A stretch of 64,000 nucleotides of DNA from assembly GCF_032062105.1 (NCBI RefSeq), contig NW_026931372.1:310001-374000 (forward strand). The letters are read 5' to 3'. The DNA comes from Saccostrea cucullata (lineage: Eukaryota). Position numbers and translations under genes: made by a program. Positions within the stretch are counted from its first letter, which is position 1; every line of letters starts with the position of its first letter. The notes under the pieces were generated by a model. The model was not told where the DNA came from, searched no databases, and saw only the letters and a program-made list of their open reading frames with translations. This document shows, piece by piece, positions 46,703 through 61,268 of the stretch.

Positions 46703-49700
46703 ATGGCAGAGGACTTCTCACTGGAGGAAAAACGACCTGACGAATCGGGTTCCAAATTTTATGTAATAGTTCTAACTGTTTTTGCAACCATTGGAGGACT
46801 ATTATTCGGATATGATACGGGAATTATTTCCGGATCTATGCTTCTCATTCGGGATGATTTTCAATTAACTGAAATTTGGCAGAGTGCGATTGTCAGTTCT
46901 ACAATTGGTGCAGCAGCCGTGTTCGCCCTCATTGCCGGAGTCCTTGTGGACAAAATTGGCCGAAAGAAGGTCATCATGCTGGCTAGCTTTGTGTTCACTA
47001 TCGGAGCAGTCGTAATGGCCATTTCTCCTGTTGATAAAAAGGAAGTTCTACTTGTGGGACGGTTAATTGTGGGTGCCGGAATTGGTAATCAAGCTCTTTG
47101 AATTTTATTTATTTATTTTTTTTTGTTGCTATTTTTCCCCTTTGCAAACATTAAAATCAGAAGTTGGCAACGTTTTCCCCATGTTAATTTCTAAATAAGA
47201 CACTACATGTACATTTGAAAGAAAGTATGTCAATCCCTTCTCTGAAAAGACAAGAAAAACATGTTCGACTTGTAACAATTTTTCGTTCAAAAACGCAAAG
47301 ATTTTGCCCGCAAACAGGTTGTTTTTTTATTAAAGTTATTTGGATAATTAGGAAACGCATACTCCAGGACTAAGTATCGTTTTTCAAAAGGGAGAGTCGG
47401 AAAAGGAACATTTTAGGGTGTTTGGTGGTAGGTTTCGACTTCTTTCATAACCATTTTTCCATACACAACCTTTATTTGACCACACTTTACGGTGTAGACA
47501 ATTTTATAAATAAAAACAATGAATACCAGTAGTAATATATTACTAAATATGAAAAAAAAAGAAATTCAGAAGACTTCCACATAAAAAAAAATTAAAAAGG
47601 TTTCCTACTTATTTTCTCCTATTTTCACAAAAAACTTTTGCTAATTACTAGTATAACATTAATTATAACATTTAACATTGGGTAGGAGTATTAAGGAAGT
47701 TCTTTTAGTTTTCTATCAAATAACCTTTCAAAATTAGAAAAAAACAAGTGTTCGAAGAAGCATCGTTATGTCAGAATTCTTCATTGCTCTACTAACACAC
47801 ATCTTTGTTTTCTATGGCACTGCTCGTATCTTGGTTGGATTATCAAAGACGGGATTAAAAGAGCCACAGAGTCCCAACTGTGTAAGCAAAGCCGTCGTTA
47901 AGTGGGGGGATGTGCTTATCAGTATCCCCTATAATTTACTGTGTACAGAGATTATTATTTATAGATAACAGCTGTCATCACGAAAACCACTCGAACACGT
48001 ATCCCCAGCTGTGACGATAAGAAAACTAATAATCCACCTAATTATTTGAAAGATGAAGAAATAAACTCATTTTTACCACCCCCAAAAATGTATAATGAAG
48101 GACATTCATAACGACAAATGTGACTGAACCGAAACATTAAATATGTCAAGGGAAAGAGATGATGCAAGATCTGAAAAGAAAGTACTAATATCGGTATTCT
48201 ATTTATAGGTATTGACCAGTGAACTGCACAACTACTTCTTAATTACCTCTGTAAAATATTATACGATTTAGAGGGTTCATTATTTCCCTTCAACATTAAG
48301 TCTTTATGATAAACCATTTAATAATTTTCCTATGATTCCATTGATATTGATCTTCTGTCAAACCTAATTAAGCTAAGAAGAAAGAAGTACTTTATGATTA
48401 ATTATATTTAATGATATTGACAGTGCTACATTCCAAAGTATCCTTATATGATAAAAATTAAAAAAAATTCTTTTAATTTTAAAAATCAGACGAAATGAAT
48501 TTGACCTTCCGAAACCAATCAGATCTTTGAAATTAAACTTAAGCCTCGTAAATACATGTAGCTGGTATTTCGCTTTATTTCAAGGGAATATTTCATTTTT
48601 CCTGCATGCTTATACAAAGTGACCGTCTATCGTGGATTAGAACATCATGACTGTCTTATCGTTTTGGACTGAGAACTTCAGTTGAATGCCTGAAACTCGC
48701 GGATCTCTCTGTCTAAATACCGGTGGATGGAAAATACCGTTTGTTTTATAAGTAAATACATCAAAAACGACAGGGGAATGGTGATAGGTTACCAAAGTAT
48801 GTCCTATAATCAAAGAAGGCATGTCTTTTTCTTGTTCAGTCCTGTTTCTAATTGCATGATACGGATTTTTAAAAATCTTGAGAAAACTTTTTTTGTTCTG
48901 TGTCACCTTGCTAATATCATGATTTAGATATAAATATGTAATAATCAAAGACGACAATTAAAGGAATAGAAGCATTTATAAGAAATATTGAAAATTATTT
49001 TAGCCATATATATTACCATCTCATGTATTTATGTACATGTACTTTGAAAAAATAAACTCTGAGATTTATATAGGTAAGAGTTTAATTTAAAGTACGTGTA
49101 AACAAACTTAACAGAGAATATCGCTGAGGAAGCATTGTCCACTTAGATACAGAAGTATGCCAAATTAGCAAAATAAATTTTGAACGTCAAGTAGAGTACC
49201 TATTTGACAGATAAATTACTTACTTTTATCTTATTAAAACGTCAACCCAAAGAGATTGATGTATTCACGATTAAAAGACTTCACACATACAGAATTCATG
49301 TTTTTGTTTCTTAATATCCAATAAATAATTTTGTTGATTTAATGCAGCGGGAAAAATGAAATAGGGTACAATAAAATTCTTCGGATTTTTGTAGGGAGGT
49401 GTTAGTATTCGGCTTTTTATTGGTTCTTTACATATTGTTAGTCAAAGCATAACCTTTCACGAAACCAATTTTTAACAAACCGTACTTTCAAAAAATAATA
49501 ATAAAACAAAATTGTCATATACTAATATTTACTGCGGGGCCGTCATCTATATCCATTCATTGTTTCTTAAAATGTAGAAAATTTTGTTGTATATTTTCTT
49601 ATCTTGTCAATTATCGATTCTTCGACACTGATTTTGATGAGAAAAACAAAAACCTTTTTAAGCATCATTTTAATATTAAATTATCTACATGAGACATGTA

Positions 49701-52700
49701 GATAAATTGTCATGATGTTTATGAATCTAATAATTATTATACGTTTAAACTTGGTTTCTTTCATTGTTATTACGGGTTTGTTGTAAATGCTAGCATGTGA
49801 AAATGTTCAGAAATATTTGTTTTGCTAAAGTTCAACAACAACTAGAAACGATCCTGGTATTAATTAATTTTGTAGAATTTGTTTACAAAATGATGCTTCA
49901 TCTAAAATACTTTTAAAAATGTCAATCTAATACATTTTTCTTAATTTTGTTACTAATTATATTACTGGTGTCCTACAGGGTTTGCCTCTATGTCCGTTCC
50001 TGTTTATGTTGCTGAGGCAGCTCCTTCTCACATCCGTGGATCTCTAGTCACCGTCAATCAGCTCTTCATTACCGTAGGAATCCTTCTGTCTAGTATCATC
50101 GCCGGTGCATTCAGCACTGACAAAGAAAATGGGTGGAGGTTAGTAAATAATACAATGATGGAGAGTTAGAGTAACAGGTGGATGACCACCAGTAGAGCAA
50201 TATGTTCTTGTGTTGAAAACTACTTGTACACACTACACAGTGTATAGTGAGGAATTACAAATATATTTCATTAAAAAAATTAAAAGTATTATTCATCTTT
50301 TTCTCGTCTATTTAAGGGGTTTCTTTTTCTGTTTGTACTACACATGATTTTATAACTTATCATAGCATATATTAAATAGAAAATCGTCAGTGTTAATGCT
50401 TCTACCAGTACCTTTTCACTTGTACATAGGTACATGTTAGGGATCGCCGGTGTCCCCAGTGTCATTCAGTTCTTTGGATTCTTCTTCTTACCTGAGAGTC
50501 CCAGGTGGCTGGTGGGGAAGGGTAGAGTAGAGGAGGCCAGGAAGGCGCTACAGAAGATCAGAGAACTGGACAATGTCGACGTCGAGTTGTCAGAGATCGA
50601 GAAGTCAGTGGAGGAAACTAGGGAGGAAAACAAATATAGTAAGGTTACATGTTTTGAGTTAGTAATTCATGAAGTTCACTAAGTACATATTTTACTAAAT
50701 GTTCTTAAATATTTTAGGAAGTGACAAATTGGGAAAATTAACATGTTCAATTGGGGAAAGGGTACCTTTTTTCAATTGGGAATGGGGTTTTTGAAAGGCC
50801 CAAATTATAGGGAAAAAAGAGCCCTGACTGTTGTGCACGTCTTTCAAACTGTCAGAGTTTTGTTTATTCACAAGAACTTTTCATTGAAAATCAGTCAAAT
50901 TTTGTTTAACCCCATTTTCGATCAATAATGCTATCTGTTTACTTTTATTTTAGACATGTTCCAGTGTTTTGTTTTAATGTTGAAGACACAGCCTGTCAGG
51001 CGAGCTTTAGTTTTGGGATGTCTTCTTCAATTATTCCAACAACTCTGCGGAATAAACACTGTCATGTAAGATAATTTAATGGCGTTAAGTACCAATATCT
51101 ATTATAAAATTTTATTCCTTTTGAATTGCCCGAAAAGTAAGTAAAATTAAATAGAGAACTTAAGAAACAGAGAGATAATAATCGAATACTTGTTTCTATT
51201 TATAGTTACTACAGCGGAAGTATTCTCCGTGTTTCCGGTTTTCCATCAAGTCTGGCTATCTGGTTGTCCTGTATTCCGTTTTCGGTGAACTTCCTGTGTA
51301 CCTTTATTGGAATCTACGCAGTAGAGAAAGCAGGAAGAAGGGTTCTAACATTACTTAGTTTTGTAGGTGAGTAGTCGTACATATGTATAGCTTACGCGGT
51401 TTACTGGTTTTTAAAAACACAAATATGAAAAAAGTAAACGAATGAAATCATGATCTCTTTCAGGAACTTGATCAGTAAAACGATAGGGTTATTTGTATTT
51501 GTTGTTATATTTTGACATAAGCTTTGTGTTCCCATGTATTTTAAGTATTTTTTTTTTAATTCCAAAACAGAATTAGCATAACTAATTATAAAACTAATAT
51601 AAATTTACCGATAAATACATTGTAGTATTAATAACAAAGATATTTTTTCTAAAATAACTTTTAATGACTTCTTTAATTGTTTTGTTTGTTAATAAAAAAG
51701 TGCGAAGTAGCCAATCACAAAACTAATAATCGAAATGACTTGCTCAGTCTTTACTCTTCATGGCGATTTTTTGTAAACAGTGCTTTAAATTACGCAAATG
51801 ATTTTTCTCTATTATAAAGGTATCATCATCGCCCTGATTGTACTTGGTGCTGGATTTCAGTTGTCGGAGAAAAACTCGCCACCGGTCTCTCTACATCTTG
51901 ACAATTCCTCATCATGCCATGTTAAATATGAGTAAGAAACTTAAATTTTTAAGTGAAGAAAATAGTTGTTAAAGTAGGAAAGCATGTAGAGATGTCATCC
52001 AATCATGTTCATGTATCTAGATATATTAAATACGTCTAGTAAATATACATGTAAATATATGTTATAGATTCTATTAAAATTAAATTAAATTTGGCAAAAA
52101 AAGTAATATTTCCTCATAAACTTTTTCCTACTAATAAAAAATACTGGTCAGAGATGATAGTTTGGGTAACATATTTACAATCATGTTTAATACATGTGAA
52201 ACCCACTCTTTCTCTCATTCCAGCTCTTGTAATGGATGTATAAAGGATGACAATTGTGGGTTCTGTTGGGAAGATGGAAAGGAGGCCACCACCGGGAAGT
52301 GCCTGCACGTGTACAAGGACCACCCAGAACGGTATGCCGTGCCCGAGGTAAATACCACGCACTATAACGAGTCCTTCTGTAACGCGACAAACTACGACAC
52401 GGAAAAATACGACTGGGCCAACGACTTCTGTCCCACCGACTACTCTTGGATGGCCGTACTCGGACTAGCACTGTTCGTCATCGCATTCGCACCAGGTATG
52501 TATGCAGAGTAAAAATAAGTATTGTTAATTTGTTATATTACTGAATGCAGAAACTTGTACCATCTGGACAACACTTTCAAAAGATCTAGAAAAACCTTTT
52601 ATTTGTCTCAGAATTTCATGCTTCTTGAAATTGCACGAATGTATGGGGAGTAAAGGAGAAAAGGCATTTATGTTCTTAATTGTTCTTTGATGATGATATA

Positions 52701-54386
52701 TAATTTATTACAGGTCTTGGGCCCAATCCATGGACCATTAATTCAGAGATTTATCCCCTCTGGGCCCGGGGGACGGGCACATCACTAGCAACCTGTGTCA
52801 ACTGGATTGGGAACCTCATAGTGTCATTCACCTTCCTTATACTGTTAAAAAATATAACAACGTACGGTAAGTTGGTCCTTGGTCCCAATATCTGATTGTA
52901 TTTTACGTAACAATTTGAATCAATTTGACACAATACTATACGTTGTATATAAACTCTATATAAGTAGCAGCATACTTTTTCTTTCCAGGAAATTTTGCCT
53001 AAATGAACAATAATAAAACTTTTCCGTTCTTCTAATAAATGTAAAATTCTGACTTTTTTGTATATAAAATCTATATAAATAGCACCATGCTTTTTCGAAA
53101 GCAATGGACAGGGAGATTTCCTTGTCAAACTCATGAGGATTCTTTTACTTAGAAATTAGGCATTGGTCAAATGATTTGGAAGGTTTTTCTGTTAGTGTCC
53201 ACAATGCCTATCAAATGTAAAAATTGGAGAGATTTAATGGATTGTTGTCAATACTAATGCAAGACAAATGAACAATCCTTGACATTTTTATCAACAGGTC
53301 CAATAAGACTGAACTGTAACTTACAATATTAATTTGTAAACAAATAAAATTGTCACATTCTAAATCTGGTGCTGGAACTACAAACAGTGCTTTTCCAAGG
53401 CCAAATCTTGAATTTGCCTGTCGTCGTACAGTGATTAATAACATGTTGAAAGCCACTTACGGTTAAAATGTTTGCAAGAGATTCTGAACATTTCTGAAGA
53501 ATTAATATTACCTGAGCTGTGGATTGTTTTCACCAATTCATTGAACACATTCCAAGGCTACATTAGCTGACTTGTGGTTTACTCTGTTTCAAGATTCCAA
53601 CAAAACTGGTGATACAACCAAGGTTCCAATAAGTTGATCAGGAAACACTTTTGGGTGGCTTTTGAGCGGTCACGGACACTGGCAAATCTAGAACCAGGTG
53701 CATGATCGTGAAAGAAACGTGATCGCCATACCGTCTGTCTGTGACGTGTACAGGTAGCCTGCTGTGATCACGTTTCTTTCACGAGCACTCGAATCCACAG
53801 TGTTATTGGAATATAACGATAAGATGGAGAACCAACTAATTATTGCCGTAATTATATTAAAATGTCTGTTATGGCACCAAAACTATAACTTTAATTATTT
53901 TTTTTAATTTGTTTGGTTTTTTTTTGTTTGTTTGTTTGTTGGGTTTTTTTTGCCTGCATATTGTCGATTGGATTTCTTCTGTTTACCTAATAAACCAAAG
54001 GGGCATTTATATATCTACAGTTTACTGATCTTTAAAATCCATGCAGGATAAAGCGAAAACAGAGATATTCACTGTGAATAAATGAATAGAATTAAATAGC
54101 CTTTTTTAAAATTTGGATCAGAACACATTTTCTTTCATATAAAAGTTTGTAATAAGCTTATACACCATCGCTATCTATTTCAGGTACCTTTTACCTTTTC
54201 TGTGGAATCTCCTTCCTGGGTCTGGTCATCCTGTTCTTCATCTTGCCGGAAACCAAAAATAAGACGCTAGAGGAAGTGGAAGAACTCTTCATGTCTAAAG
54301 AGTACAAAGAAAAACGGGATCGAGAACACAAAGAGAAATACGCCGTAGACAACAATGGCTACATGGCAGAGAACTCTAAAATGTAG
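46703..54386 (+). CDS. SLC2A13: Proton myo-inositol cotransporter (HMIT/GLUT13), copy B, 9 coding exons, 587 aa
   Basis: Exons 46703-47084, 49979-50138, 50430-50638, 50954-51065, 51206-51366, 51820-51931, 52224-52495, 52714-52866, 54184-54386 (1764 nt). Same intron positions and phases as copy A. Canonical [14 protein letters not shown] motif. An acceptor at 46690 implies an upstream non-coding exon. Confidence 0.95.
53706..53784. repeat. Short inverted repeat (19-bp perfect arms) in SLC2A13-B intron 8
   Basis: tcgtgaaagaaacgtgatc (53706-53724) / gatcacgtttctttcacga (53766-53784). Probably a MITE relic. Confidence 0.6.
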
Positions 54387-55361
54387 CCGAACCGGAAATG
54401 CTTTGGACCGGAAGTTATGTCTTTCAGATGGCATTAATTTTGAGAATAATTATACTTCCGATCTTTTGACTGCTGAATTTCACTATTTCTTTAATATTAG
54501 TATACATTGTATATTGTCACTAACGTATGAACTATTATATATTTATATTTCTTTAAAAAAAAGAACGATTTTAAAAATAATATACATATGCATTGCTTTA
54601 CGAGGAAAATTTGTGTAAATATGCGTTAGTAGTTGCATTCTTCGAATTAGTATCTTCTTGAAAATTACATCATAAAAGAATATTTACTGTTTACATCATA
54701 ACTATTTTTTCATTCTGAAATTACCTAATATTGGGACAATCTGAGTTGTCTTTCACAACGATGGAGATAACGTTCCTTTATATACAACGTACTGTTCTTA
54801 GCATAATTATCGAAATATGTCGATATATGTAGAAATATATAGGTATGCATAATCAAGTTGTTATATTGTTTTGTATATAATTACATAGAATAGAAAGTGT
54901 TTTATATTATGAATATACCGAATAAAATCCATAATAATCAAATAAAATGATGTGCTTTGAAATATTTATCTAGGATAGGGTTGTTCCCGTATCATAGTTT
55001 CGATAGTGTTTGTACAACTTAAATATTTTGAATCAGTTTTCTAGTATTTCTATTTTTCAAGGATTTTATCAACACTTCTGATTAAATTTGAAATTTCTTA
55101 TAGCTCATTTATCCTCTTCAAAAGGAGATGCTTGTCTTTATTTTCTATAGTATCTGTAAACAGCATCAAAACTCTGCTTGCCAAGTGGAAAAGTTGAAGT
55201 CAACCATGAAACGGTATGTGCTAATCCCGCATTGATTGGTTTAAATTCTAAAATTACATCGATTAAACGTCGTTTAATGTTTTCAAGAAAAATCACACCT
55301 TAGCAATTTCTTATACTCACTGCAATATTTAACACTGGAATTTAATTTTTAAACTCACTAA

Positions 55362-55364
<3 letters not shown>

Positions 55365-55417
<53 letters not shown>

Positions 55418-55495
55418 TTTGTCTGTCTTCGTCGTTGTCGTCGTAACGGTTGTTGTCGTCGTTGTCGTAAACTTTTCATATTTTCATCTTCTCAC

Positions 55496-55531
<36 letters not shown>

Positions 55532-56222
55532 AGTGACATGGGTGAAGGGGATTTAAATGTTCAAATGAAGGGCCACGCCCTCTTCCAAGGGGAGATAATT
55601 ATGAATTAGTGATAAATTAATGGTACCTTTTGAAAATCTTCCTTTTCAAGAACCACTGGGCCAGCAAAGCATCCTCTGGTAGTGAAGATTCAAGTATATT
55701 GAAATTTTGCACCCCGGGTGTAGGGTGGGGCTACAATGTGGTTTCAAAGTTTAACATAGGAATACATATCCAAAATCTTTAAAAAATCTTCTCAGAACCA
55801 CTGGGGCAAGAAGGATGAAACTCTCGTAATGAGGATTCAAGTTTGTTCAAATTATGACCCCTGGGGCAAGGCTGGGGCCATTATGGGTGATCAAAGTAGG
55901 ATTACATAGAAAGGTACTGTAGATTCAAGTTTGTTCAAATCCTGACCCCCGGATATGGTAAGGCCATAATAAGCGATCAAAATTTTAGATAGCAATATAT
56001 GGGGAAAAAAATCTTTTAAAATCTTCCCTTGAGAACAGCAAAGTTGTGATTGTTCATAGTTATATGGGAGCATCCTCTGGTAGTATAGATTAAAGTTTGT
56101 TAAAATTATGATACCCGGGGGTAGGGCGGGGCCAAAATGGCCGACCAAAGTTTTACATAGAAATATATAGGAAAATTTTTGCTTATACCTAGCTAGTTGC
56201 TCAGGTGAGCGATGTGGCCCTT
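55365..56222 (+). mobile_element. Older HINE copy of the 42637-44276 family
   Basis: Same 5' end tagctcacctgagccgaaggctcaagtgagc, a (GTC/GTT)n microsatellite, degraded satellite units, and 3' ctcaggtgagcgatgtggccc. Confidence 0.85.
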
Positions 56223-56274
56223 ACTAAGGATGACATATTTCTTTGACTTTATGTGGCTTTTTTTCCCTATAAGT

Positions 56275-58026
56275 TTGAACTTTAATTTTGGCCCCACCCT
56301 ATAGCTACCCTCGAGGATACTGATATGAACAAACTTGAATCTACACTACCTGAGGATGCTTCTATATAAATATGAACAATCATGACTTTGTTGTTCTTGA
56401 GAAGATTTAAAAAAAAAAACCCTATATATTTGTATGATAAACTTTGATCGTCCATTGTGCCCCCACCCTACCCCCGGGGGTCATGATTTGTACAAACTTG
56501 AATCTACACTACATGAGGATGCTTCTATATAAATATCACTAATCATGGCTTTGTTATTCTTGAAAAGATTTTTAAAGATTTTTTTCTCCATATATTGCTA
56601 TCTAAAATTTTGATCGTTCATTGTGTCCCCACCATACCCGGGGCCGGGTCAGGATTTGAACAAACTTGAATCTACACTACCTGAGGATCCTTCCACATTA
56701 GCTTCATCTTTCTCGACTAAGTGGTTTTTGAGAACATTTTTAAAACATGCCACCAAATTTTCACTATTTCTAACTATCTCCCCTTGATTGAGGGCGTGGC
56801 CCTTCATTTGAACAAACTTAAATCCCTTTCACGGAAGGATACTTTGTGGCAAGTTTAGTGCCCTGAGGGAGTAAAAACACCCTGTCGATGGTATGCTGCT
56901 GTCATGGTTAAAAGGACAAGTCCATAGACATTCCAATGTGTAACCAGAAGTCTCTGTCGAGACTGTAGCTCTACTGGTTTGTACTTATAATAAAGGAAGA
57001 GAAAAGCAGCAGTTTGGACATAAACTTTACAAAAGCAATAAATAGAATAATGATCCTTGATTAAGTCTCTTTTTGTGGTAAGATTGCAATAAGACTACAA
57101 CTGTGGGAGTAGCCTTTTTTAAATAAAATTTTACAGAATTTTCAATTTTAGTTACCATGGCAACATCGTTCATCGAAAATCAAAACACAAAGCTGATAAC
57201 TATGTATCTCAGTGTAGTCTACTTGCATGCCAAATTATATTATAATCAGACTAAAACTGTATTTGGAGTAGCATTTTGAAAGTATTTCAAAGAAATTTCT
57301 ATTTTTTAGTAACCATGGCAACACCATTCATCGAAATTAAAAACCGATACACAGAATTATGTATCATAGCGTAGTCTACTTGTGTGTGAAGTTATATTGA
57401 AATCAGACCAAAACTGTAAGAGGAGTAGCATTTTAAAAGTATTTTACAAAAAGTTCTATTTTTAGTAACCATGGCAACACCGTTCATCGAAATAAAAAAA
57501 ACCGATATACAGAATTTTGTATCTTAATGTAGTCTACTTGTGTGCCAAGTTATATTGAAATCAGACCAAAACTGAAGGAGGAGTAGCATTTTAAAAGTAT
57601 TTTACAAAAAATCTATTTTTAGTAACCACGGCGACACCGTTCATCGAAATTTCACATCAATTGTCAGAATTATGTATCTTAGTGTATTCTACTTGTGTGC
57701 CAAGTTATATTGAAATCAGACCAAAACTGTAGGAGGAGTAGCATTTTGAAAAATTGTTTACAGACGGACAGACAGACGGACGGACGACGGACGCATTAAA
57801 AAATGACATAATAATCGCTTATGACACAGAACCCCTAACCTTGGGTCCATGAAGTCCACAATTTGGAATAGGCTGGTTGAAATTGGCCCAGTTTTTGTGG
57901 AGAAGAAGTTGAAAAGTTTATAGACAAACGGACGGACAAACAGACAGCTAGAGCTAGACGGACTATAGACAAATTGAGATCATTATAGCTCTTTTGTGCT
58001 TTCAACTAGCTCAGGGGAGCTAAAAA
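56275..58026 (-). mobile_element. Reverse-orientation HINE of the 166-bp family, interrupted by a second HINE
   Basis: Reverse-complement satellite units (aacttgaatctacactacctgaggatgctt) at 56275-56860. The apparent matching 5' end (GACG/GACA microsatellite plus gctcaggggagctaaaaa) resumes at ~57870-58026. Confidence 0.7.
57075..57795 (-). mobile_element. HINE-like element with a ~157-bp tandem array (~4.5 units) and an ACGG/ACAG microsatellite
   Basis: gt(t/a)acca(t/c)ggc(a/g)aca..ttcatcgaaa at 57151, 57309, 57465 and 57622, followed by acagacggacagacagacggacggacgacggacg at 57760-57793. Confidence 0.8.
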
Positions 58027-58130
58027 AGGGCTAAATTGTTGACATGAAACACATATAACTTTTCGTACATCTTTTCAAAATGTTAATGTTTGGTAAGAAG
58101 TGACTATCTCTTCTCAATCAAAAGCTGTAA

Positions 58131-59203
58131 GCCCCCGTTCACACAGAGCTGCGACTCTACGGCGATCATCCCGACCAAGCCACGATCTGAATTTTTTCTG
58201 GATCGGGGCAGATCGCAACCGATCGGCGTCTAAATAGAGCAATTTTCGCAAATTATGGTCTTCGCGACGACCGTACTACGATGTCGCTACGTCAAACGCG
58301 ATGCTAACACGCTTCTAGTACGATGTTACGCAGACCGTTGCCGACAAGCGGCCGTGTTTACTGCGTTTACGCTACGCTGCCACTACGACATTAAGACCAT
58401 ACTACGACGCTATGCAGACCTAGATGACTGCACGGCGATGTCGCTACGGTGGTGCCGATCATATTACGATTGCATTACGCTTCTAGTACGATTTTGACAA
58501 TGATGTAAATCTATATATCTTGCAACCGCAGATTTTTGTACCACGACTTTAGCGATGATACATATCTTGCGACCGCATTTTTTTTTTGCGGTCTTTACCA
58601 TATGGTTTAAGGGCATTTTCAATTTTAACTGTAACAAGATGTGAAAATTCTCAATTGCAAATGATCGTCAAGTATAGTGTCACCCTTTACATGTAGTTTA
58701 CAGATGATGATTGGTCAAATATTACCGCTATAAGAACAAACGCCTGTCTGATAGGTCGTGATATGATCGGCGTAAGGTCATTGAAGGTCATCGTAGGATC
58801 TTCAGGAACGTAGAGAGATCGTATTGAGAACGTAGTACAAACGTAGAGGGAGCATTGTATGAGCGTGCTTTTAAGTTCCTACGCTCTTACGGCGCTTTTA
58901 CTGTGATCACAAAGATCTCTCTAAGATGTTTCCGCGCTGCTTGTACGATTATGGCGCTTCTACTACGCTCCTTTTACGACTTAACCCCGATTCTTGTTGG
59001 CCACGATCCCGCTACGCTTGTTTTGAACATGTTCAAAATAAGCGTGGTGAGAGCGTGGAGCTCTCCGATCATGAAGACCCTACTGCGATCATACTACGCT
59101 TATGACGACTCCACGACGTTTCTCTTGCGATTTTTCACGATCGGCCACGCTTTCTGCAACGCTTTGATCTTAGTAAAAGCGGCGTCTATGTGTGAACGGG
59201 GGG
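58131..59203. mobile_element. Non-autonomous PIF/Harbinger-like element, TAA TSD, CpG-rich
   Basis: TAA|(g/c)CCCCCGTTCACACA...TGTGTGAACGGGGGG|TAA. The interior is rich in ctacg/acgat motifs. No DDE transposase or Myb/SANT ORF is recognisable. Confidence 0.82.
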
Positions 59204-59207
59204 TAAG

Positions 59208-60160
59208 AAACAAGATGTGTTTGTGAGACACTGATGCCCCCGTATGGCAACATAGCGAAAATTAAACTTTTCTTAAATGCAAATTAATTATACCCAAACT
59301 TTGGTACCCAAAGTAGGGTATTCTCACAAGGAATGCGATTGTGAAACATAAAAGTACTAGCACCACCTGTTCAAAGGTTATGGCCAAGGATAAGTTTATG
59401 AAAGATTATTCAAACTCCAAGGTCAAAGGGTCTAAGTGTTTGGTTTCTTAAGAAAAATCTTGTCACAAGTATTACATATGTGAAGTATGAAAGCCCTAGC
59501 CCTAACCGTTCAAAAGTTATTGCCAAGGTTAAAGTTTTTCAAAAAAGTAGGTCAAACTCCAAGGTCATGGTCAAAGATTCTAAGTTCTTAATATCCAATG
59601 AAAGGTCTTGTCATAAGGATAAAATATATGAAGTATGAAAGCCCTAGCCCTTCAAAAATTAAGGTCAATGTTTGTTTTTTGAAAGTAGGTCAAACTCCAA
59701 GGTTAAGGTCAAAGTTCTTGGTATCCAATAAAAGGTCTTTTCACACGGATTACGTATGTGATGTATGGAAGCCCTAGCCCTTACCGTTCAAAAGTAATGG
59801 CCAAAGTTTTCCTAAGTAGGGAAATCTTCAAGGTCAAAGTTGTTGGTAACCAATGAAAAGTCTTGCCACAAAGAATAAGTGTGAAATATAAAAGTCCCAG
59901 CATAGATCTACCGTTAAAAAGTTATGGCCAAGTTAAAAGTTAAAAATTGTTGTGTAAAAGTGGGTCAAACTCTAAGGTCAAGGTCAAATTTGGTGGTACC
60001 CAAAGAAAGGTCTTGTCTTAAGGAATAAACCTAAGATATCATAGCTCCACAGAATCAAAAGTTATGGGCAAGGTTAAAGTTTTTGTGACGGACGGACTGA
60101 CAGATGGACAGACGAATGAGATTTAATTTCCTCTCCCTTTCACGAAAGAGGGGACAAAAA
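59208..60160 (-). mobile_element. HINE-like element with TCAAACTCCAAGGTCA tandem units
   Basis: Starts aacaagatgtgtttgtgagacac (stem-loop end). About 6 degenerate units with aaagccctagc..gttatggccaagg..gtcaaactccaaggtc follow, then a GACG microsatellite at 60087-60114 and the terminal IR ccctttc/gaaagaggggac. Confidence 0.78.
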
Positions 60161-61268
60161 ATATGTACAGATGATTTGCCTAGTGTTATTCATGAACAGA
60201 TAAACGGCAGTGGTTTTTTTAAAAAATAAAGGAGAAAATAATCAAAATATCCAATGTATATATGTGTTGTATAATCTTTCAACTCCAACATACACGAAGA
60301 AGACAAAATCCTTATGAGCACAAAACTTTATTTCCCATAATTGAAAGACAGTGGGTAATTCAATCAACAAAATATTAATGATAACAATATTCAATAACAA
60401 CTTAAACCTGTACTTAATATTAATAATGCATATACTGTTTAATCTTGAAGCCACAAGGGACCATTTCCTCTAGAATGAGGAAGAGAGGTTTTAAAGTCTT
60501 GCACTTATAATATTACATACAATACCCAAATATTATGATTTACATCTACAATTACTGAATAGCAATTTGAATGAAACATCTATAACCAATATGAATATTC
60601 AAAGCTTTCATCAATTTTAAACTTAAAAAAAAAAATTCTGATCATTGATAGCTACTGATATTTTTACTACAGATATAAGGAAGGAATACAAAAATATTTT
60701 TCCAAAGTGTTTTCCATTTTACTGAAGTGAAAGATTTTCATATGACTATTTAAAATATTATGAATATTTTTTTTTTCAGTCCAAAAAGTTCACACATCAT
60801 CTTAATGAAGATCAAAATATACTTGTAGAGGTTAACATAGAGGTATATAAAATTCTTGTGGGAAATTATCTATTCATTCTTATTTGTTTGGCTTGAAATT
60901 AAAGCAAATCAACAAATACAAACAATATCAACCTAGAAAGCATTCTGGTACTGAAAAACCTGCTATGTTTTCTACGAAATTTCTGATTTTACATTCTGCA
61001 AATTATACTATCTTTATAGACAGTGTCATTAATTGAGCATTATTCATAAAATCGAACATATATACCAGGTAGAAGGCATCTAATGATCTGGGAAAAAGAA
61101 GAATTCTTTCTTGAAGAATTAAATGAATAATGTTCAAATATAAGTAAAATTGCTGTAGGCATGGGAAAAACTATGATTCATTTCAACACAAAGTACATGA
61201 ATTTAAAACATCATGAACAAATAATATTACAATGAACACAGTTTTTACTTACATTCTGATTTCAATAA

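Noticed and set aside
58255-59226. 80-aa and 123-aa ORFs as possible Harbinger proteins
   Set aside because: No DDE or Myb/SANT features; the open frames reflect the repeat's CpG-rich composition.
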